Assembly (NCBI GenBank): GCA_019058275.1
Contig: JAHLVW010000045.1
Span: forward strand, 1 to 64,000
Source: Candidatus Heimdallarchaeota archaeon
GTDB taxonomy: Archaea > Asgardarchaeota > Heimdallarchaeia > JABLTI01
Reading direction: 5' to 3'
DNA length: 64,000 bases
Position numbers and translations under genes: made by a program. Position 1 is the first letter of the stretch; the number at the start of each line of letters is the position of its first letter. Below the pieces are notes generated by a model. It worked only from the letters and a program-made list of their open reading frames with translations, was not told the DNA's origin and made no database searches. Below are positions 59,467 through 64,000 of this stretch, in pieces.

Positions 59467-60792
59467 TCAGGATTCTAATATTCTCTTTATAACATTTTCA
59501 GAAATTTGTATTATTCTATCTTTATCATGTTTAGATTCCATATAATGAAAATGAAAAAACATCTTCTTTCTCAAAGTGAAAACAATAACTGTCATAGCAT
59601 CAAGTGTGTTTGAAATTGCGGCATTAAATGAATCAACAGAATATTTCTCTGATTCTAAAGCTATCCCCAATTTATCTAAAGATCTAAGATTAGTAATTGC
59701 AAAAGGATCCTGTCTGCTAACAATGTCAGTATATAATAATCCAAGTGTTTCTAAAGTTGTTAGAGAAATTGTTTTGTTTAATATTCTGTTAATGCTAAAG
59801 ACCTTCCTATCACGTAAATTCCAAATCAATTTTCTTTGGTAACGTTTTGCGTTTTCCCAAAACCCATTTCTCTTATGATATTTTGTTGTAAATACAGTAC
59901 CACCAGCATATAGGCCAAATGATTCTCCAATAGGATAGTTCAATCGATTTCTTAGATCGACAGGATTGTTAATTGTCGAAATATCGGGAAGAAATGCAGT
60001 GCAAATTGCACTATGAACAGAAATTCTTCTATCCTTACATTTCTTTAAGAATTCTTTAGTTTGACTTTCAGAAAGATTCCAAGAATGAATTTGTAAATCA
60101 TCATGCTTTGAATTCTTATTTTCTTCTAATTCTTTTCTTCGTCTTCCAAATCCAAAAATAAAGAAATGATAAACTTTCAATAATGCAAGCATAATTTTAG
60201 ACCGAGTAGAAGTTTTAGGAATTGTCCTTCTAACTTTAGGAGGAAAAATATCTTCCTTTTTTGTGGGTGTATCAAGAACAACTACTTTCTCTGTGGGATT
60301 ATTTAGATATTTAATAATATCTCGAATGAGAAATGCCATAGACATTCCATCTGTTACTGTATGCTGACAGCACAAAACTAGATCAGTATTTTGATTAGCA
60401 AACAATAAGGAAACACGGAATAGTGGTAATACCTTACTTTCTAAATTAAAAGGTGTTACTAACTGCTTATGGAATTCCTTTAAGGTATCACCTTCATTTT
60501 TACGTTCAATAATAGAAATAGGTATTGACACAACACCTTCTGAAGTAAAACAGGGAATCTCTTGGATATTAAATTCAATTCTGGCTTTTAGTAAAGGATG
60601 TCGATGTTGAACTTTCGATAGAACTTTTTCAAGAAGATCAATTGTTAATTTACCTTGTATACGAAGGATAACAACTAAATTGTAAGGCTGTCCTATTGCA
60701 AAATTAAGATATTCTAATTCATTTAGTTCTCGCTTCATTTGTATAACACTAACGATATTCATAGAATAAATCTTTTCTCTATTGATAAACAT
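59467..60792 (-). CDS. Condensation-domain acyltransferase (PapA5/alcohol acetyltransferase-like)
   Basis: RHPLL and HTVTDG (HxxxDG). Confidence 0.85.
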   Translation of the reverse strand: MFINREKIYSMNIVSVIQMKRELNELEYLNFAIGQPYNLVVILRIQGKLTIDLLEKVLSKVQHRHPLLKARIEFNIQEIPCFTSEGVVSIPISIIERKNEGDTLKEFHKQLVTPFNLESKVLPLFRVSLLFANQNTDLVLCCQHTVTDGMSMAFLIRDIIKYLNNPTEKVVVLDTPTKKEDIFPPKVRRTIPKTSTRSKIMLALLKVYHFFIFGFGRRRKELEENKNSKHDDLQIHSWNLSESQTKEFLKKCKDRRISVHSAICTAFLPDISTINNPVDLRNRLNYPIGESFGLYAGGTVFTTKYHKRNGFWENAKRYQRKLIWNLRDRKVFSINRILNKTISLTTLETLGLLYTDIVSRQDPFAITNLRSLDKLGIALESEKYSVDSFNAAISNTLDAMTVIVFTLRKKMFFHFHYMESKHDKDRIIQISENVIKRILES

Positions 60793-60823
60793 TATATGAA
60801 AGAATAAAAAAAAGAAATCTGAA

Positions 60824-61438
60824 TTATAGTTTATAACTCAGACCTTTCTCGAAAGCCTTAAGGTTGACTTCAACGTATTTTGGTGGAAGAATAGCCTTCA
60901 TACCATCAATGATTTGCTCTTTTGAGATAGGAAGAATATCTGTGTTAGCTACAAGAGCACCTATAAGAATCATGTTCATAGTTCGGTTAACACCAAGCTC
61001 TTGAGCATCACTTTGAGCAGGAACCATGAGTACATTAGGGGTCACTCGCTTAAGATCAGCTTCGATCTCTTCTAAAGAGGGATACTTGATTTCACCCTTT
61101 GAATGCCTAACTGCAAGAGGTTGGTAGGTAGTAGTGTTTATAACAACAATACCATTTTCTCTTAGTTTTGGAAGTGATCTAACAGATTCAAGGGCTTCTA
61201 GAGCTATAAGGACATCTGCTTCTCCAATAGTACATTGAGGTGACTCAGTAGGATCATAACCAATAGCAAGGTCAGAAACAACAATTCCTCCTCTTTGAGC
61301 TAAACCATGAGTTTCCATGGTCATAACTGATAAACCAGCAAGCTTAGCAGCAGTGGCTAATACTCGACTAGTGGAACCAATGCCTTGTCCACCCATTCCG
61401 GTTACATGAACTTTCAGTGTTTTTCTAGTCATTTTCAT
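60824..61438 (-). CDS. iorB: Indolepyruvate:ferredoxin oxidoreductase beta subunit
   Basis: GMGGQG and ETHGLAQRGG. Confidence 0.92.
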   Translation of the reverse strand: MKMTRKTLKVHVTGMGGQGIGSTSRVLATAAKLAGLSVMTMETHGLAQRGGIVVSDLAIGYDPTESPQCTIGEADVLIALEALESVRSLPKLRENGIVVINTTTYQPLAVRHSKGEIKYPSLEEIEADLKRVTPNVLMVPAQSDAQELGVNRTMNMILIGALVANTDILPISKEQIIDGMKAILPPKYVEVNLKAFEKGLSYKL

Positions 61439-61445
61439 AGCACCT

Positions 61446-63419
61446 CTAGATACGAATAAATTTCTCCATTTGTTTAATAGGCTTCACTTTAAGTGGGCAG
61501 GTTTGTACACAGCAACCGCAGCCTATACAAAGATCAGTGTTTATCTGCGGTTTCTCACCCTTCTTCTCAATAGCTGGGCAAGCAAAATCAGCAAGACAAT
61601 TCTGAATGTTACGGCAAATGTCATGGTCAATCTGGTATGGTTTCGCTAAAGTACCAGCTCTGAGTTCAGCTCGAGAACGCATTAAAGCACATTCTTCTTC
61701 TTGGATAACAACAGCAAATTCGTCCTGAGCAAAAGCTTCTTCCAAAGCTTCAACTAAGGCAGCTACATTATAAGCAGGTACTCTTTTAACGAATTTAACA
61801 CCCCAAGCTTTCAAAGTTTCATCAATACTAACTTGTTTTGGATCTTGATATTTTGGAGGAAATCTACCACCTTTCAGTTTTGAACTTGTATTGGGATTCG
61901 GTTGATGTCCAGTCATTGAGCTATAGCCATTATCCATCACCATAAGTACATGTTTATGTTTGTTGAATACCGCATTTACTATTCCTGGCATTGCTGCATG
62001 GAAGAATGTTGAATCTCCTACGAATGACATTATTGGTGTATCTGGTAATGCTAGCTTCATACCTGATGATGCTGGTACTCCAGAACCCATGCTGTATAGC
62101 AATGTTCCTTGATTATGTGGGTCCAAATATCCTAGTGAGTAGCATCCTATATCTGCCATTGAATGTCCTTTCAATTTATCCATAACGATTTTTGCTGCGT
62201 GAAATGCTGTTCTATGGCCACATCCTGGACAGAGGACTGGAGACCTTCTAGGAATATCTAGTTTGGATGAATTTGACTTAATTGGATTAGGAATTTTCAG
62301 TAGTTTTGAAAACATACCAACTAACCGAGCTGTATCATACTCAGAAATCATTAAATCTTCATAGTCTTCTTCTTTGCTCTTTCCGATTATTTTTGTACCA
62401 GTTATTCCTTGTTCAAATAGCTCAACTTTCACTAGTTCCTCTATGAATGGATCCAATTCCTCTAGAATCTTGACTGTTTTGTTCTTCTTTATGAATTCCA
62501 CGATTTTCTTCATTGGTAATGGATAGATTATACCAAGTTTGAGGATGTTTGCTGAAGTTTCTAGTTTTCTTAGGGCTGCTTTTGTTGCAGCATAAGCATG
62601 TCCAGCAGTAATTATACCAATTTGTGGTTCTCCATCTCCCACTTTCTCTTCCTTCAATAAAGCACCACTATTTGCTAGATCCTCCCATTTTTTCAAATTT
62701 CTAAGGGATTTTTCTTTCAGTGGTTTAAGGGTCGCTGGTAGAGGTACGTATCCTCCATCAAGCCAAGGATCATATCCACGTTCGATATTTACTTCCTTCT
62801 TTGGGCCATATTCCACAAGACCAGTTTGATGACAGATTCTTGTGGTTGATCGAATAACCACAGGCATTTTCCATTTTTGTGCTTGTTCCATAGCAAAAAC
62901 AACATAGTCTTTTGCTTCTTGTGCATTTGCTGGTTCAAGCATTGGAATGTGCCCAATTTTCGCATAATACCTATTATCCTGTTCATTTTGTGAGGAATGC
63001 GGTCCTGGATCATCACCTAAAATAACTACTAAACCACCTGGTATTGTAAACAAACTTAGTTGTACAAACGAATCAGCAGCAACGTTTAATCCAACACTTT
63101 TCATAAAGCAAACTGCTGAAGCACCACCAATTGCTGCGGATGCTGCAACTTCAGTCGCTACCTTTTCATTAGTAGAAAATTCGAAGTATATCCCACTTTT
63201 ATCAGCGATTTCAGCTAATCTCATACCAATTTCACTTGTGGGTGAACCTGGATAAGCAGCAGAGACTTTTACTCCTGCTTCAATCATTCCTCGAACAAAC
63301 GCATCGTTCCCAAGGAGAATTTCCTTGTACGGTGCATCCATTAACAGAGGATGAGTTTTAGATGCCATAACATCAATTTCCTTCTTTTCACTAAATAATA
63401 GTAATATTTCTTTAATCAA
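61446..63419 (-). CDS. iorA: Indolepyruvate:ferredoxin oxidoreductase alpha subunit
   Basis: YPGSP, SSQNEQD, LCPGCGH, GDSTFFH, C-terminal 4Fe-4S motifs. Confidence 0.94.
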   Translation of the reverse strand: MIKEILLLFSEKKEIDVMASKTHPLLMDAPYKEILLGNDAFVRGMIEAGVKVSAAYPGSPTSEIGMRLAEIADKSGIYFEFSTNEKVATEVAASAAIGGASAVCFMKSVGLNVAADSFVQLSLFTIPGGLVVILGDDPGPHSSQNEQDNRYYAKIGHIPMLEPANAQEAKDYVVFAMEQAQKWKMPVVIRSTTRICHQTGLVEYGPKKEVNIERGYDPWLDGGYVPLPATLKPLKEKSLRNLKKWEDLANSGALLKEEKVGDGEPQIGIITAGHAYAATKAALRKLETSANILKLGIIYPLPMKKIVEFIKKNKTVKILEELDPFIEELVKVELFEQGITGTKIIGKSKEEDYEDLMISEYDTARLVGMFSKLLKIPNPIKSNSSKLDIPRRSPVLCPGCGHRTAFHAAKIVMDKLKGHSMADIGCYSLGYLDPHNQGTLLYSMGSGVPASSGMKLALPDTPIMSFVGDSTFFHAAMPGIVNAVFNKHKHVLMVMDNGYSSMTGHQPNPNTSSKLKGGRFPPKYQDPKQVSIDETLKAWGVKFVKRVPAYNVAALVEALEEAFAQDEFAVVIQEEECALMRSRAELRAGTLAKPYQIDHDICRNIQNCLADFACPAIEKKGEKPQINTDLCIGCGCCVQTCPLKVKPIKQMEKFIRI

Positions 63420-63487
63420 TAGAATTTAGAAGAGCTCTTAATGTTTTCCGTTTAAAAAAACAAAGCAGATTATTTTAAAGGTAATTT

Positions 63488-64000
63488 TTAGATTTCTTTA
63501 CACTCAAATAACCCATAAGGTAATTCGACCATCAAGATTTCATCTCCATCTTGATGATTTTCAAATATCATGTTAATATCAATGTCAATTGTTTCATATG
63601 AAGCTGTATTCATAATAGAAACATTTGGAGCTTGAATTGCTACTACAATGTATTTTTGGAATTGATCTTTTTTCTTGAGAACTTTAACATGATCGGGATG
63701 ACTATCTTTTATTGAAAGGGTTTTACTTTCTCTAGTTTTTAGATTTTGAATTTCCACTCTTCCTTGTTTTATACCTATGATTTGAAAAGCATTATTTAGA
63801 TAGTTCACAACATCTCCTAACTCAAAGTATGGCATTCTTATACAATAAGTGGATTGATAGATAGGTTTCCCATCTTTCATTGACTTTAATTTAGTGCTGT
63901 ATTCAATGGATGCTGCCAAATTTTCTGAGAGAAAACTAGTAATAGTTTTAGCGAATTTATCGCTACCAACGTAGAGATCAATTCCCCCTTTGGCTTGATC
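63488..64000 (-). CDS. nmd3: NMD3 ribosome maturation factor (3' part; continues off window)
   Basis: Frame is open to the window end (…GGIDLYVGSDKFAK…STKL…STYCIRMP); C-terminal SH3/OB-like domains. Confidence 0.8.
   Translation of the reverse strand, partial: DQAKGGIDLYVGSDKFAKTITSFLSENLAASIEYSTKLKSMKDGKPIYQSTYCIRMPYFELGDVVNYLNNAFQIIGIKQGRVEIQNLKTRESKTLSIKDSHPDHVKVLKKKDQFQKYIVVAIQAPNVSIMNTASYETIDIDINMIFENHQDGDEILMVELPYGLFECKEI

Overview
AT-rich archaeal chromosomal window, most likely from an Asgard archaeon. This is inferred from the archaeal-type HMG-CoA synthase, TrpRS, NMD3 and IorAB together with eukaryotic-signature proteins: a ubiquitin-like system and a UEV-Vps23/37-like ESCRT-I protein. 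The stand-out locus is a tightly packed + strand operon at 7.0-15.1 kb. It encodes an SMC5/6-like ATPase, a probable Nse4-like kleisin, a KITE (Nse1/Nse3-MAGE-like) protein and a RING-like Zn finger, followed by JAB/MPN+ protease, E1, a ubiquitin-like protein and E2. This looks like a minimal proto-SMC5/6 complex genetically coupled to a complete Ubl conjugation cascade, and its members share SIM-like [IV]x[I][IL] motifs. A RING paralog plus a transglutaminase carrying the same motif lies at 24-26 kb. Other notable items: a histidine ammonia-lyase with an inserted rubredoxin, a TnpB with a rearranged RuvC site, a frameshifted LAGLIDADG-HTH gene, tRNA-His with A73 and no encoded G-1, tandem tRNA-Leu 3'-end repeats bracketing cargo genes, and three PRC-barrel paralogs. 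The rest is housekeeping or metabolic. All family calls come from motif recognition by eye; no database search was run.
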